Source: Bdellovibrionales bacterium
GTDB lineage: Bacteria; Bdellovibrionota; UBA1018
Assembly: GCA_947380295.1 (NCBI GenBank)
Contig: CANCQK010000008.1
Location: forward strand, 67,479 to 131,478
DNA: 64,000 bases
Direction: 5' to 3'
The notes below the pieces were generated by a model, which had not been told where the DNA came from, searched no databases, and worked only from the letters and a program-made list of their open reading frames with translations. This document shows positions 1 to 8,538 of this stretch, piece by piece; within the stretch, counting starts at the first letter, position 1; every line of letters begins with the position of its first letter. Made by a program: the position numbers and the translations under genes.

Positions 1-625
1 TTAAAATTAGTCGCCGGGTTTGGTCGCGGTTAGCATAGAATCCATTGGGGAGATGATCAAACCCTGAAAGATCCTTCGTGTATTTTTGTCGCATTGCCTG
101 AAAATCAAGGTCAGGCTCAGGTAAGGCGACTTCTTTGAAGATGTTGAGAGGATTGTGAAGTTCAGTCTCGTAATCAATTTTATCTCTGACGTAGTCTCGA
201 ATTTTTTTAAGGTCGTTGAGATCTAAGTAAAGAGCCTGCCGGTCCCTAAAAAACTTGAGCTCGCGATCGATCCGGTATTCCACGCCAGCGCTAATGGATG
301 GGGGCAGTTTTTCTAACCTGTGTGCCAGATCGACTACAAATTTTTTGCTGGCATCGGTATTCGAGGAAAAGACGAGAATTGCTAAACTATCGATCGACCT
401 GAGTCTGCCAGACACTTTTTTGAGGTCAATTACGCTCCGGGCCGAGGTGGGTAAGAGCTCGTGAATGTCGGTCTTCAGATTCTTATAAAGCTCTACGGAG
501 TAGTATCCTCCGACGATCGCCAAAAGGGTGCCTAGGATTGCTACGAATTTTGCTCGTTGAAGAATGAAATTCGAGAACCAATTCACAGATGAAAGTCCCT
601 CTTCCTGATTTTTGCTCACGATCAT
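1..625 (-). CDS. Partial CDS with the start codon at 625..623; the reading frame stays open to the window edge, so the 3' end lies outside. N-terminal region of an RND-superfamily/MMPL-like exporter (COG1033-like).
   Basis: Manual reverse-complement translation gives an uninterrupted frame: MIVSKNQEEGLSSVNWFSNFILQRAKFVAILGTLLAIVGGYYSVELYKNLKTDIHELLPTSARSVIDLKKVSGRLRSIDSLAILVFSS.... An N-terminal TM helix is followed by a D-x-x-x-L-L-P motif and a periplasmic domain, which is typical of predicted RND/MMPL exporters. The six-frame track does not list it because it runs off the window. Confidence 0.5.
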   Translation of the reverse strand, partial: MIVSKNQEEGLSSVNWFSNFILQRAKFVAILGTLLAIVGGYYSVELYKNLKTDIHELLPTSARSVIDLKKVSGRLRSIDSLAILVFSSNTDASKKFVVDLAHRLEKLPPSISAGVEYRIDRELKFFRDRQALYLDLNDLKKIRDYVRDKIDYETELHNPLNIFKEVALPEPDLDFQAMRQKYTKDLSGFDHLPNGFYANRDQTRRLIL

Positions 626-663
626 CTTGTAATTATCAGTAAACTGGTTTTAACTACTGGATC

Positions 664-1446
664 GTGAGTCCAATTAAAACGATGACTTATCTTATCACGC
701 TTTTGGGTGATTTTACGATCTTTGTCTATGATACCCTTCGTTCGGGGAGGCACCTATGGCGAAGACGTGGGTTTTTCCTTCGTCAATGCGAGTTTATTGG
801 AGTGGACTCCACTTTGATTATCGTAGTGGCGGCTCTTTTCATGGGGGCAGTGCTAGGATTTCAGCTCTACACGTCGCTCCATCGCTTAGGGAGTGAGTCC
901 TTGTTGGGTGGGACAGTTGGGGTAGCACTTTTTCGCGAACTAGCACCTGTTCTTACTGCCGTGATGGTGACTGGTCGAGCTGGGGCTGGAATGGCAGCCG
1001 AAATTTCAAGTATGAACGTCACCGAGCAGGTCGATGCTCTTGAAGTCATGGCGGTAGATCCCATTGAGTATCTCGTTTTTCCTCGGGTGGTGGCTGGCTT
1101 TTTGATGCTTCCTATTTTGGCATTAATCTTTACTGCGATTGCCTCGCTCGCGGCCTGTTTTGTTGCCTGCGGCATTTTAGATCTTCAATACATCATTTAT
1201 TGGAACCATTACCTGCATGTGGTTGATCGAATTGATATTGTACACTGCGTGGTGAAGTCAGCTACGTTTGGTTTAGTTCTAGCTTGGGTAGGGTGTTTCT
1301 GTGGATTGCGGGCTTACGGCGGTGCTCGGGCTGTGGGACAAGCAACTCGAACCACCGTAGTTGCGACTTGTTTATCGATTTTACTCAGTGACTATCTGTT
1401 AACGGCTATGCTACCGCTGGGTTTAAAGCAATTAAAGGTGACTTAA
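664..1446 (+). CDS. mlaE: MlaE-family ABC transporter permease (lipid asymmetry maintenance).
   Basis: 260 aa. The conserved MlaE core reads GVDSTLIIVVAALFMGAVLGFQLYTSLHRLGSESLLGGTVGVALFRELAPVLTAVMVTGRAGAGMAAEI and EQVDALEVMAVDP. Confidence 0.9.
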   Translation: MSPIKTMTYLITLLGDFTIFVYDTLRSGRHLWRRRGFFLRQCEFIGVDSTLIIVVAALFMGAVLGFQLYTSLHRLGSESLLGGTVGVALFRELAPVLTAVMVTGRAGAGMAAEISSMNVTEQVDALEVMAVDPIEYLVFPRVVAGFLMLPILALIFTAIASLAACFVACGILDLQYIIYWNHYLHVVDRIDIVHCVVKSATFGLVLAWVGCFCGLRAYGGARAVGQATRTTVVATCLSILLSDYLLTAMLPLGLKQLKVT

Positions 1447-1448
1447 GT

Positions 1449-2948
1449 ATGGATACATCGAAATCAAGTGCCTCGACCCAGTTTAAGGTGGGTATGTTTG
1501 CCCTTCTGGGACTCTTTATGGTTGCGGCAATGACTGTTTTGGTCAGCAACAGGCCGTTTTGGTGGAAGCCCTGTCAGTTAGTTAAAATCACGGTGGACGA
1601 TGCTTCGGGTCTGAAAGCGAAGTCCCCTGTGCGCTCCCTGGGAATTGATATAGGATACCTCAAAACTGTGACCCTTGAAGAAACTCATGTCACTCTTGGA
1701 ATTTGCCTGACTGCCCCAGTGCAAGTGCTGCCTACGACGCGTGCCTACCTCAAGGGAGAGGGATTTTTAGGGGATAAGTTTGTTGAGCTAAGACCTGTGA
1801 AATACCTGCAGGCCACTGAGACGGCCTCTCAGCCGTCGCCCGTGCCGTCAGAACATTCGAGCCTCTTTATGCGCGCTGTCGGGTTGGCAGGCGGTTTAAT
1901 TGAAATTCTTGTTCCTTCTGCCGAAGCGAGCATCGGGAAAGTTTCGCCTCAGTTGGAGACTCCCACACCCCAGTCTCCGGTTCGATCTCGCAGAAATCCG
2001 GCTGCAAAGAGCGGCGAAGAGATTCCTGTAGGTGAAGAGTCTCCTGATGTTCAGCACTTGGTCCATCGTGTGGATGATTTGGTCCAGCAAATTAGCGGTC
2101 TCACCGGAAACCTACGGCAGGCAATTAATCCTGATGACCTGAAAAAAACTATGAAGCAGCTCAATTCGACATTAGAGAGCGCTTCAAGAACGCTGTCGCC
2201 CGAGAGTGGCCTGAATCAGACTGCTCAGCGAACCCTGGCCAAGCTAGAGGATGGGATAGAACAGTTACGGGATTTGATGACTCGAGTGAATAAGGGCGAG
2301 GGTTCTGTGGGTATGTTGCTCAACGACCCTATTTACGCTCAAGAAATTCACACAGCTATTAAGAATCTTAACCTTTTGCTGAATAAAGTGAGTGCCGTTC
2401 GGTTTACGCCGGATCTGGGTGCGGTTTGGTTGTCTGCTTTTAACGGCGCAAGAGGATGGTTCCATCTGGGGATTTGGCCTAAGCCGAATCGGTATTATCT
2501 CTTGGGGATTGGGAGCGACAGCCGCGGACGTGTTTCGAACACGACTACCTCCACGACTGTGGGTGCAGGAAGTCCAGTTCAGGTGACCAGCCAGGTGACT
2601 GATTTTACATCCATGTTTCTTACTGCAATGATGGGTAAAGTTTACCATGATCGTTGGGATCTTTCCTTGGGGCTCCTTTATGGAGACGGTGCAATTTCAT
2701 TGAAATACAACTTTGGTCCGCAAGACTGGGTCGATCAATTCCAGGTCGGCACCGATGCCTATATTCACGTGGGGTTCGGCCTGAATGCGCGTCTCTACGC
2801 CAATGTTCAGCCCTTTAAAAGCGTGTATGTTAAAGCAGGTTTAGAGCAACTCCCTTTTATTACGCAGGGGAGTTCGGTGAGTTATTTTGTGGGTGCTGGT
2901 TTGTCGTTTGACGATGAAGATATCAAACTCTTGTTTGCTCTGAAGTAA
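1449..2948 (+). CDS. MCE/MlaD-family protein with a long C-terminal extension (499 aa).
   Basis: It begins 3 nt after the mlaE stop. An N-terminal TM helix is followed by an MCE domain (KITVDDASGLKAKSPVRSLGIDIGYLKTVTLEE...GEGFLGDKFVELRP). The C-terminal third has alternating hydrophobic, beta-strand-like segments and ends in a ...GAGLSFDDEDIKLLFALK aromatic-rich stretch. Confidence 0.8.
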   Translation: MDTSKSSASTQFKVGMFALLGLFMVAAMTVLVSNRPFWWKPCQLVKITVDDASGLKAKSPVRSLGIDIGYLKTVTLEETHVTLGICLTAPVQVLPTTRAYLKGEGFLGDKFVELRPVKYLQATETASQPSPVPSEHSSLFMRAVGLAGGLIEILVPSAEASIGKVSPQLETPTPQSPVRSRRNPAAKSGEEIPVGEESPDVQHLVHRVDDLVQQISGLTGNLRQAINPDDLKKTMKQLNSTLESASRTLSPESGLNQTAQRTLAKLEDGIEQLRDLMTRVNKGEGSVGMLLNDPIYAQEIHTAIKNLNLLLNKVSAVRFTPDLGAVWLSAFNGARGWFHLGIWPKPNRYYLLGIGSDSRGRVSNTTTSTTVGAGSPVQVTSQVTDFTSMFLTAMMGKVYHDRWDLSLGLLYGDGAISLKYNFGPQDWVDQFQVGTDAYIHVGFGLNARLYANVQPFKSVYVKAGLEQLPFITQGSSVSYFVGAGLSFDDEDIKLLFALK

Positions 2949-2949
2949 A

Positions 2950-4239
2950 ATGGCTAAAAAGGCTCGGACTCGAACCCAGATTACTCAAAAGTTTCGCCGA
3001 AATTCTGCGAGGATCCAGCGCTGTACTTCTCCCAACACGACTTGGCTAGTGACGGTTTCAGGTCATGATGTTCCTGGTATTACTGCTGAAGTGACTGGGA
3101 TTTTGGCACGCCATGATGTTGTGATTTTAGATCTAGCTCAAGCTGTGATTCAAAAACTTTTGTCGCTTTCTTTCTTGTTTCAGACTTCTCCGACTCGACA
3201 CGATGAAGATCAGATCTTTCAGGAAATTTTGGAGAGAGGGTCAGAACTTGGACTCAAGATTGACTTTAAAAAGATTCCTGTTGGTGCCGCGAATGCCAAA
3301 ATTGAAAAATCAGTGCAACACTATGCTGTCACTTTGATTGCGGAGATCGTCACCGCGCAGTCTCTCCATCAAGTAACTCAGGTTCTTGCGCGCCGAAAAC
3401 TGAACATCGACGTAATTAAGAAGTTGAGTGAAGATCATTTCGGGTGTGTTGAAATCCTCGTCTCCAGCACGCAGGGTGTGGACGAAACCAGCTTGAGAAA
3501 AGAGCTTCTCGAGATTGCGAAGAATCAATGCGTGGACATTGCGCTGCAGGCCGAAGGCCTATACAGGCGGGCCAAGCGGTTAGTCGTTTTAGATATGGAC
3601 TCTACCTTAATTCAGGGCGAAGTGATCGACGAACTCGCGCGCGAGCGAGGTGTTTTTGATCAAGTAGCTGCCATCACTTTGCGAGCAATGCAGGGTGAGA
3701 TGGATTTTGATGAGAGCCTGCGACAACGATGTTTATTGCTTAAGGGACTCAAAGCTGAAGATTTGATTCGGGTTTATGAAAAAATCGAAGTCACTCCAGG
3801 CGCTCAGGATTTAATTCGAGTTTTGAAGCGCCTAGGTTACAAGATCGCTTTAATTAGCGGTGGGTTTACTTTTGTGGCAGAGCGCTTGAAAGAGCGCCTC
3901 GGAATCGATTTCGTCTATGCGAACACGCTCGAAGTTAAGAATCAGACTGTGACGGGTTTTGTTCTACCGCCGATTGTAAACGCCCAACGAAAAGCAGATT
4001 TATTAGAGGTGATTGCTCAGCAGGAGAAAATTGTACTCGATCAAGTGATCGCAATTGGTGATGGGGCCAACGATCTTTTGATGCTGGAGAAGGCTGGTCT
4101 TGGAATCGCTTTTAACGCTAAGCCTGTGGTGAGAGATCGAGCCGATCTGGCTTTCAGTCAAAAAAATATGCGATCGATCCTCTACTTGCTTGGGCTTTCT
4201 GCGAGGGATGTGGCCCAGGTAGTTCAAGAGGACGCCTAA
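2950..4239 (+). CDS. serB: Phosphoserine phosphatase SerB with N-terminal ACT regulatory domains.
   Basis: HAD motifs are present: LVVLDMDSTLIQ (motif I DxD), ALISGGFT, and IAIGDGANDLLMLEKAGLGIAF (motif IV). An N-terminal ACT-like segment reads LVTVSGHDVPGITAEVTGILARHDVVILDLAQ. Confidence 0.85.
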   Translation: MAKKARTRTQITQKFRRNSARIQRCTSPNTTWLVTVSGHDVPGITAEVTGILARHDVVILDLAQAVIQKLLSLSFLFQTSPTRHDEDQIFQEILERGSELGLKIDFKKIPVGAANAKIEKSVQHYAVTLIAEIVTAQSLHQVTQVLARRKLNIDVIKKLSEDHFGCVEILVSSTQGVDETSLRKELLEIAKNQCVDIALQAEGLYRRAKRLVVLDMDSTLIQGEVIDELARERGVFDQVAAITLRAMQGEMDFDESLRQRCLLLKGLKAEDLIRVYEKIEVTPGAQDLIRVLKRLGYKIALISGGFTFVAERLKERLGIDFVYANTLEVKNQTVTGFVLPPIVNAQRKADLLEVIAQQEKIVLDQVIAIGDGANDLLMLEKAGLGIAFNAKPVVRDRADLAFSQKNMRSILYLLGLSARDVAQVVQEDA

Positions 4240-4317
4240 AAAAACTTTCTCGTGCCTTCGTTTTAAGGTAGGGTCGAAAGTCGTTTAAACATTTCAAAGC
4301 GAGTAAGGATTAAGACC

Positions 4318-5022
4318 ATGGAAATTGCACTTTTCAGTTTGGATGGATTCATGTTTTTGCTGAGATGGCTCCATTTATTTTTTGGGGTCATTTGGATTGG
4401 ACACCTTTATTATTTTAATTTTGTTCAAGGCGCATTTTTTGCTGAGACCGATGCGTCGACCAAATCCAATGCGATTCAAAAGTTAGTGCCACGTGCGCTC
4501 TGGTGGTTCCGTTGGGGTGCAATGTTTACCATGTTGACTGGTGTGATCTACTTAGCGACCAAAGGCCATCGCGATGGTTTTGAGATTTTTGCGACCTCTT
4601 GGGGCGTAGCGATCTTGACGGGCTCCACGCTGGGGCTTTTGATGTGGGCTAACGTTTGGTTTGTGATTTGGCCGAATCAAAAAGTCGTTATTGCTTCCGC
4701 CACTCAGGCAGCAAGCGGTGGGGCCGCACTTCCTGAGGCTGCTGCAGCTGGAGCGCGTGCTGGTGTCGCTTCTCGAACCAATACCTTATTCTCCATTCCT
4801 ATGTTGTTTTTCATGGGCGCCGCAAGCCACCTTCCGATGGCAGTGAACCCGAATGCCAATCTCTGGATCATCACGGGCGTATTTGCCGTGATCTTGGGTG
4901 CATTGGAGTTGAATGCTCTGAAAGGTAAAACAGGCGTCATGACTACCATTAAGGGTGTTGTGACCTCCGGCTTCAGTCTAGCGGGTGTTCTTTATATTCT
5001 GATTGAGGTTTTGACTAAGTGA
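4318..5022 (+). CDS. Integral membrane protein of unknown function, possibly the membrane module of a PuuD-like membrane-plus-cytochrome-c pair.
   Basis: 234 aa with several predicted TM helices, and an N-terminal motif WLHLFFGVIWIGHLYYFNF. Its stop overlaps the start of the downstream cytochrome c gene by 4 nt. Confidence 0.5.
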   Translation: MEIALFSLDGFMFLLRWLHLFFGVIWIGHLYYFNFVQGAFFAETDASTKSNAIQKLVPRALWWFRWGAMFTMLTGVIYLATKGHRDGFEIFATSWGVAILTGSTLGLLMWANVWFVIWPNQKVVIASATQAASGGAALPEAAAAGARAGVASRTNTLFSIPMLFFMGAASHLPMAVNPNANLWIITGVFAVILGALELNALKGKTGVMTTIKGVVTSGFSLAGVLYILIEVLTK

Positions 5023-5408
5023 TTCGACTTTCTGGAAGGGGGCTTGCCCCCTTCCGTTTCCTTTTAGTTCTATCCCTGGGTTTGGGGCTACTTTCTTGCA
5101 CGAACAATTCTGGGGGAGGAGCTTCTGCTGAGCCCAAAAGCGCAGAAGCCATTCAGGCCGCACTCGTTAAGCGAGGCCGTTCTGTTTACCAAACTCAGTG
5201 CATTGCCTGCCATAATTCGAATCCGCACAAGCCCGGTTCTTTGGGACCTGATGTCTATGGTTCTTCAAAAGAGCTCCTTGAGGCCCGAATCTTAAATGGC
5301 ACGTACCCTCCCGGCTATACGCCTAAACGGGAAACGCATGTGATGGCACCGCTGCCTCATCTCAAAAATGAGATTGATGCGATTCATGCCTATTTGAACT
5401 CGAACTAG
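5019..5408 (+). CDS. Small c-type cytochrome, probably a lipoprotein.
   Basis: A signal peptide with an LLSC lipobox-like cysteine is followed by the heme-binding motif CIACHNS (CxxCH) and a downstream Met ligand region. The start is translationally coupled to the upstream membrane protein by an ATGA overlap. Confidence 0.7.
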   Translation: MIRLSGRGLAPFRFLLVLSLGLGLLSCTNNSGGGASAEPKSAEAIQAALVKRGRSVYQTQCIACHNSNPHKPGSLGPDVYGSSKELLEARILNGTYPPGYTPKRETHVMAPLPHLKNEIDAIHAYLNSN

Positions 5409-5446
5409 CGAAAATCGAGCCGACCAGGCTAAGCGGGGGCACCCGG

Positions 5447-6646
5447 TTAATTTCCGGACTCTTTCTCTTTTTTGCACGAGGAGTTCGTCGATCCGTCAGT
5501 GTATATTTCCTCCCAAGGAAGCACGCGAACTCCTGATTCATTCCAACCCTCTGTTAGGGGTGCTAAAAGTGTTGTGGAGGAGGTCGGGTTTTTCTTTTGA
5601 AAGGCTTTCAATAATTCAAGGTCTGTTTTTTTTACGGACTCTCGATCGAAAATCTGAAAAGCGCGAGTCTGACCCCCGAGTTCCTCTTCTACCAGGTGAA
5701 TGAGCTTTTTCCCCGTTGATCGGTAGTAAAAATAGCTGTTGCGCTTTGAACCCGAATAGCCATTTTTAGACATTCGCTCAACAGCTAATGAGATGTGAAA
5801 CTGCCTCATTAAATTGGCCCCAAGATGTGTTGCTACTCCCGAGTCGAGAATTAAAAAAATCGGTTTACCTGTTCCTGAAGGATGAGGTTGAAGCGGCATC
5901 AGAACGAAAAGTTCGATAAGTGCTTTAATGTGAGTGGCTACCTTTTTTGGATTAGCGCGGGTGGCGGATGCTAGCGCTGCTCCTGTGGGTTCCTCCAGAG
6001 TTGCGCAGTTTCTTAATATAGCATAGGCAAGCTCGCTGTCTAATTTGAGGCGTTTGAATTGGAAAATGTCTCGCTGGCAAGTCAAGTCGATCCAATCTTG
6101 GAAAAGGTCACTTCTTACTTGAGTGTCTCGCGAAAATGCGATCCCTGGCATCCCTCCGGCTTCAAAATGTTTGAGGAGTTGTGAGCGTGTAGGTTTGCTT
6201 ATTTTTTTATCCAATCCTTGTATTTCTGAAAAATTCATGGGGTACAGGCGAATTCTTCCCATTCGTCCTGTGAGGGATTCACGAATATTTTGAAGGATTG
6301 AAAACTCCGTCGAGCCTAAGAGTAAAAAGGTTCCTGGTCGTCGGTTTTCATCCACCAGCATTTTGATTGTGTCAAAGAGCGCAGGTGCCTTCTGAGCCTC
6401 ATCGACGATAATAGGATGCGCATCTTGATAGGAGGCTAAAAAAGTTTGAGGGCTTTCTTGTGCTAGCTGACGCTTGGCGATGTCATCGAGCGTCATGTAT
6501 TTGGCGTTTTTTTGGAGCTTTGTCAGGATTTCGCGAGCTAAAAAGCTTTTGCCCGTTTGGCGAGCGCCTTGGATAGCAACCACAGGTGTGAATTTCAGGC
6601 GTTTAATCAGAAGGTTTAAGACTTCGCGAGGTCGAGAGTGCGGCAT
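5447..6646 (-). CDS. AAA+ ATPase of the AAA_14 / DUF4143 family.
   Basis: Walker A is VVAIQGARQTGKSFLAREI and Walker B is HPIIVDEAQKAP. It has the domain order typical of the widespread ATPase-plus-DUF4143 proteins found in accessory regions. Confidence 0.75.
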   Translation of the reverse strand: MPHSRPREVLNLLIKRLKFTPVVAIQGARQTGKSFLAREILTKLQKNAKYMTLDDIAKRQLAQESPQTFLASYQDAHPIIVDEAQKAPALFDTIKMLVDENRRPGTFLLLGSTEFSILQNIRESLTGRMGRIRLYPMNFSEIQGLDKKISKPTRSQLLKHFEAGGMPGIAFSRDTQVRSDLFQDWIDLTCQRDIFQFKRLKLDSELAYAILRNCATLEEPTGAALASATRANPKKVATHIKALIELFVLMPLQPHPSGTGKPIFLILDSGVATHLGANLMRQFHISLAVERMSKNGYSGSKRNSYFYYRSTGKKLIHLVEEELGGQTRAFQIFDRESVKKTDLELLKAFQKKNPTSSTTLLAPLTEGWNESGVRVLPWEEIYTDGSTNSSCKKEKESGN

Positions 6647-6653
6647 GGTTCAA

Positions 6654-6706
6654 TTTTAACCCCCCTTGATTTTGGAAATCAATTCCAAAATCAAGGGGGG
6701 TTAAAA
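6654..6706. repeat. Perfect inverted repeat with 24-nt arms and a 5-nt loop (strong hairpin).
   Basis: The sequence is TTTTAACCCCCCTTGATTTTGGAA-atcaa-TTCCAAAATCAAGGGGGGTTAAAA. It lies between the ATPase start (6646) and the 3' end of the minus-strand toxin-antitoxin operon (6782). It could act as a terminator for that operon or as a REP-like element. Confidence 0.8.
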
Positions 6707-6781
6707 TCAGAGGTACGATTCAGGTCGGGGCAACGTTGAATGTCTCTCTGTCTCGGGTAAAATTGACCGATGGCACCTTCG

Positions 6782-7009
6782 TTATGCTGCGAGGTATTGC
6801 CTTACGTCAATCTGCACCCCGTTGCGGGCTGCATCTCTGACCTGACTGAGTAGCTTTGTTGAAACGTCTTCCGTGAGATAGTTTTCACCACAGGTTTGAC
6901 AAACTTCAGCAGGAACCCCTCGAATAATAATGGTGGCACCGTTATGATCAAATGATGCCGTCATGATTCCTGGTTTTGTTTCGCCATGTTTACAAATGAC
7001 GCATTTCAT
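6782..7009 (-). CDS. YgiT-type zinc-finger protein (short MqsA-family antitoxin).
   Basis: 75 aa. The CxxC...CxxC pattern (MKCVICKHGE...VCQTCGENYLTEDV) matches the N-terminal Zn-ribbon of MqsA/YgiT. A 4-nt overlap with the upstream DUF4258 gene gives a typical toxin-antitoxin arrangement. Confidence 0.6.
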   Translation of the reverse strand: MKCVICKHGETKPGIMTASFDHNGATIIIRGVPAEVCQTCGENYLTEDVSTKLLSQVRDAARNGVQIDVRQYLAA

Positions 7010-7287
7010 TTTTGTCTCCTCTCAAAATCTGTTGTCCATTGGTCAACGTCAGGCTCGTATGCGGTGATGATGATCAAGGTGTGATTTTTTTGATCTTCAG
7101 CAGCTACCACATGAATTGGACGTGGGCCGTTAAAGCCTAACTTAAGAAAACTCGGGAAGGGTTGGTCATCTAGATATTCCTGGATGACCTTTCCGCCGAA
7201 AATAACTTGTCTAACATCGGATTCCGAAATGTCGCGTTCAATCATTCTCTGTAGGGCGTGAAATCGATAGATGAGTTTTTTGTCCAA
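7006..7287 (-). CDS. DUF4258-like toxin partner of the YgiT-type antitoxin.
   Basis: 93 aa. The stretch YRFHALQRMIERDISESDV is characteristic of DUF4258 proteins, which are commonly encoded immediately upstream of YgiT zinc-finger proteins. Confidence 0.5.
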   Translation of the reverse strand: MDKKLIYRFHALQRMIERDISESDVRQVIFGGKVIQEYLDDQPFPSFLKLGFNGPRPIHVVAAEDQKNHTLIIITAYEPDVDQWTTDFERRQK

Positions 7288-7652
7288 GGTGATTCACTCC
7301 TGACCTTGAGCTTAATTGTTCTGGGAACGGTCTACCACCTTTTTTTCGGCTCGTGTTTGCTCTCAAAGGGCGCATTGGGGGACGGAGCCAATTTAGGTCT
7401 CCTGTTCAGCACTTAGCTAACTCGGTGTTCTAAATTCGCTTTGTATCAGCCTCTTAGTCAAATGAGTCGGATGAAGAAGTGAGAGTTCGACTGGTGGGAT
7501 CTGCTTGGTTCTAGAGAGGTCCGCGATTCTGCAGCTTTTTAATGAAGATAGTCGTAATCTTGATTTGGTTTTATGAAATTTGGGCGCACTAAATCCCTCT
7601 CCAGTCTGGATCCGAGGAAAAGTACGCTGGATTGAGTTTTGAGGCGGTCCAC

Positions 7653-8372
7653 TTAGGTCGGTGAAGCTCGGGCACTAGCTAGCGATCTGGCGAAAAGCTG
7701 TTCCTTCAGGTGGGTTTCCATTTTTCTGACCCACAAAGCATCACCAATGAAGTGACTTAAGAACTGAGTCCAGCTGACGGTAAACTGCTCAAGGTATTTG
7801 CGAAAGAGGACCCGATAAGCTCGCTGCCTCTCTTCGGGGGTATTTCCTAGGTCGACGTACCATTGAGGTGGAGTGAGGTGTTTGGTCCATGCATCGACTA
7901 TCCCATGGGCGTAAAAGCGGTAGGAGTTCCAGAAGAAGTATCTGAGCTTCTCGAGTTTCACCATCCCTGCACGGATGGGGTTTGCTTCGATGTAAAAATG
8001 AACCCTCATTTCTGATTCGGTACCGCCTATCAGAGGAGTCTTTGGGCGCTCATTGGCGACTTTGCCCGAGCGTTTAAAGACTCGATTGAAGCGCATTCCA
8101 AAAGTGCCGTGAGCAACTCGCATGAAGTGAGAAAGCTTGGATGCTCCGTTTTGGTAACTCATTTGTTGGTGAACGTGATTACTCATGAGGCAGAATGAGT
8201 GGATCTGGACCGAGTTGTCTGATCCCCGGTGTTTAAGGCCGTAAATCAGACTTTGAAAGAACAATTCTTTTGCCCCGTTCTGCTCGAGTAGGTAGGCACT
8301 GTCGTGACACTTCCAAAATAGGTGAACCATTCCGGTAGGTTGAGATAAAACTTGATAACGGGATACACGCAT
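7653..8372 (-). CDS. REP-associated tyrosine transposase (RAYT) / IS200-like Y1 HUH transposase family protein.
   Basis: The HuH motif is SNHVHQQM and the C-terminal tyrosine region is YFFWNSYRFY (Y-x-W-S-S-Y-like). At 239 aa the size is typical of RAYTs. No second transposase gene or obvious inverted-repeat ends are nearby. Confidence 0.65.
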   Translation of the reverse strand: MRVSRYQVLSQPTGMVHLFWKCHDSAYLLEQNGAKELFFQSLIYGLKHRGSDNSVQIHSFCLMSNHVHQQMSYQNGASKLSHFMRVAHGTFGMRFNRVFKRSGKVANERPKTPLIGGTESEMRVHFYIEANPIRAGMVKLEKLRYFFWNSYRFYAHGIVDAWTKHLTPPQWYVDLGNTPEERQRAYRVLFRKYLEQFTVSWTQFLSHFIGDALWVRKMETHLKEQLFARSLASARASPT

Positions 8373-8538
8373 AGTGCGCAGATCAGATGAAAGAAGTGCG
8401 CCAATTCAAGCTCCGTCCCTCTCATCGGCAGCGTGGTGATTTTGTTTTTGTGATCCTTGCTCTTGTCTAGATTTAATTGACTAAATAAGTAAAGTAATTC
8501 GAGCCATCATCCGATACTCTCTATAAGGGAGTTGTCAG

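Noticed and set aside
255-464. 69-aa plus-strand ORF.
   Set aside because: It lies antisense inside the continuous minus-strand exporter reading frame (1..625), and its protein (MSSRSIRYSTPALMDGG...) has no recognisable features.
867-1175. 102-aa minus-strand ORF inside mlaE.
   Set aside because: It is antisense to a well-supported MlaE CDS. The Ala/Thr/Arg-rich composition is typical of a GC-skew antisense artefact.
7288-7652. 360-bp ORF-free region examined for a structured ncRNA (tmRNA, RNase P, SRP, 6S) or a REP array.
   Set aside because: I could not recognise any conserved ncRNA signature or repeated palindromes by eye, so it is treated as promoter and UTR space. A covariance-model scan would be needed to exclude a small RNA.
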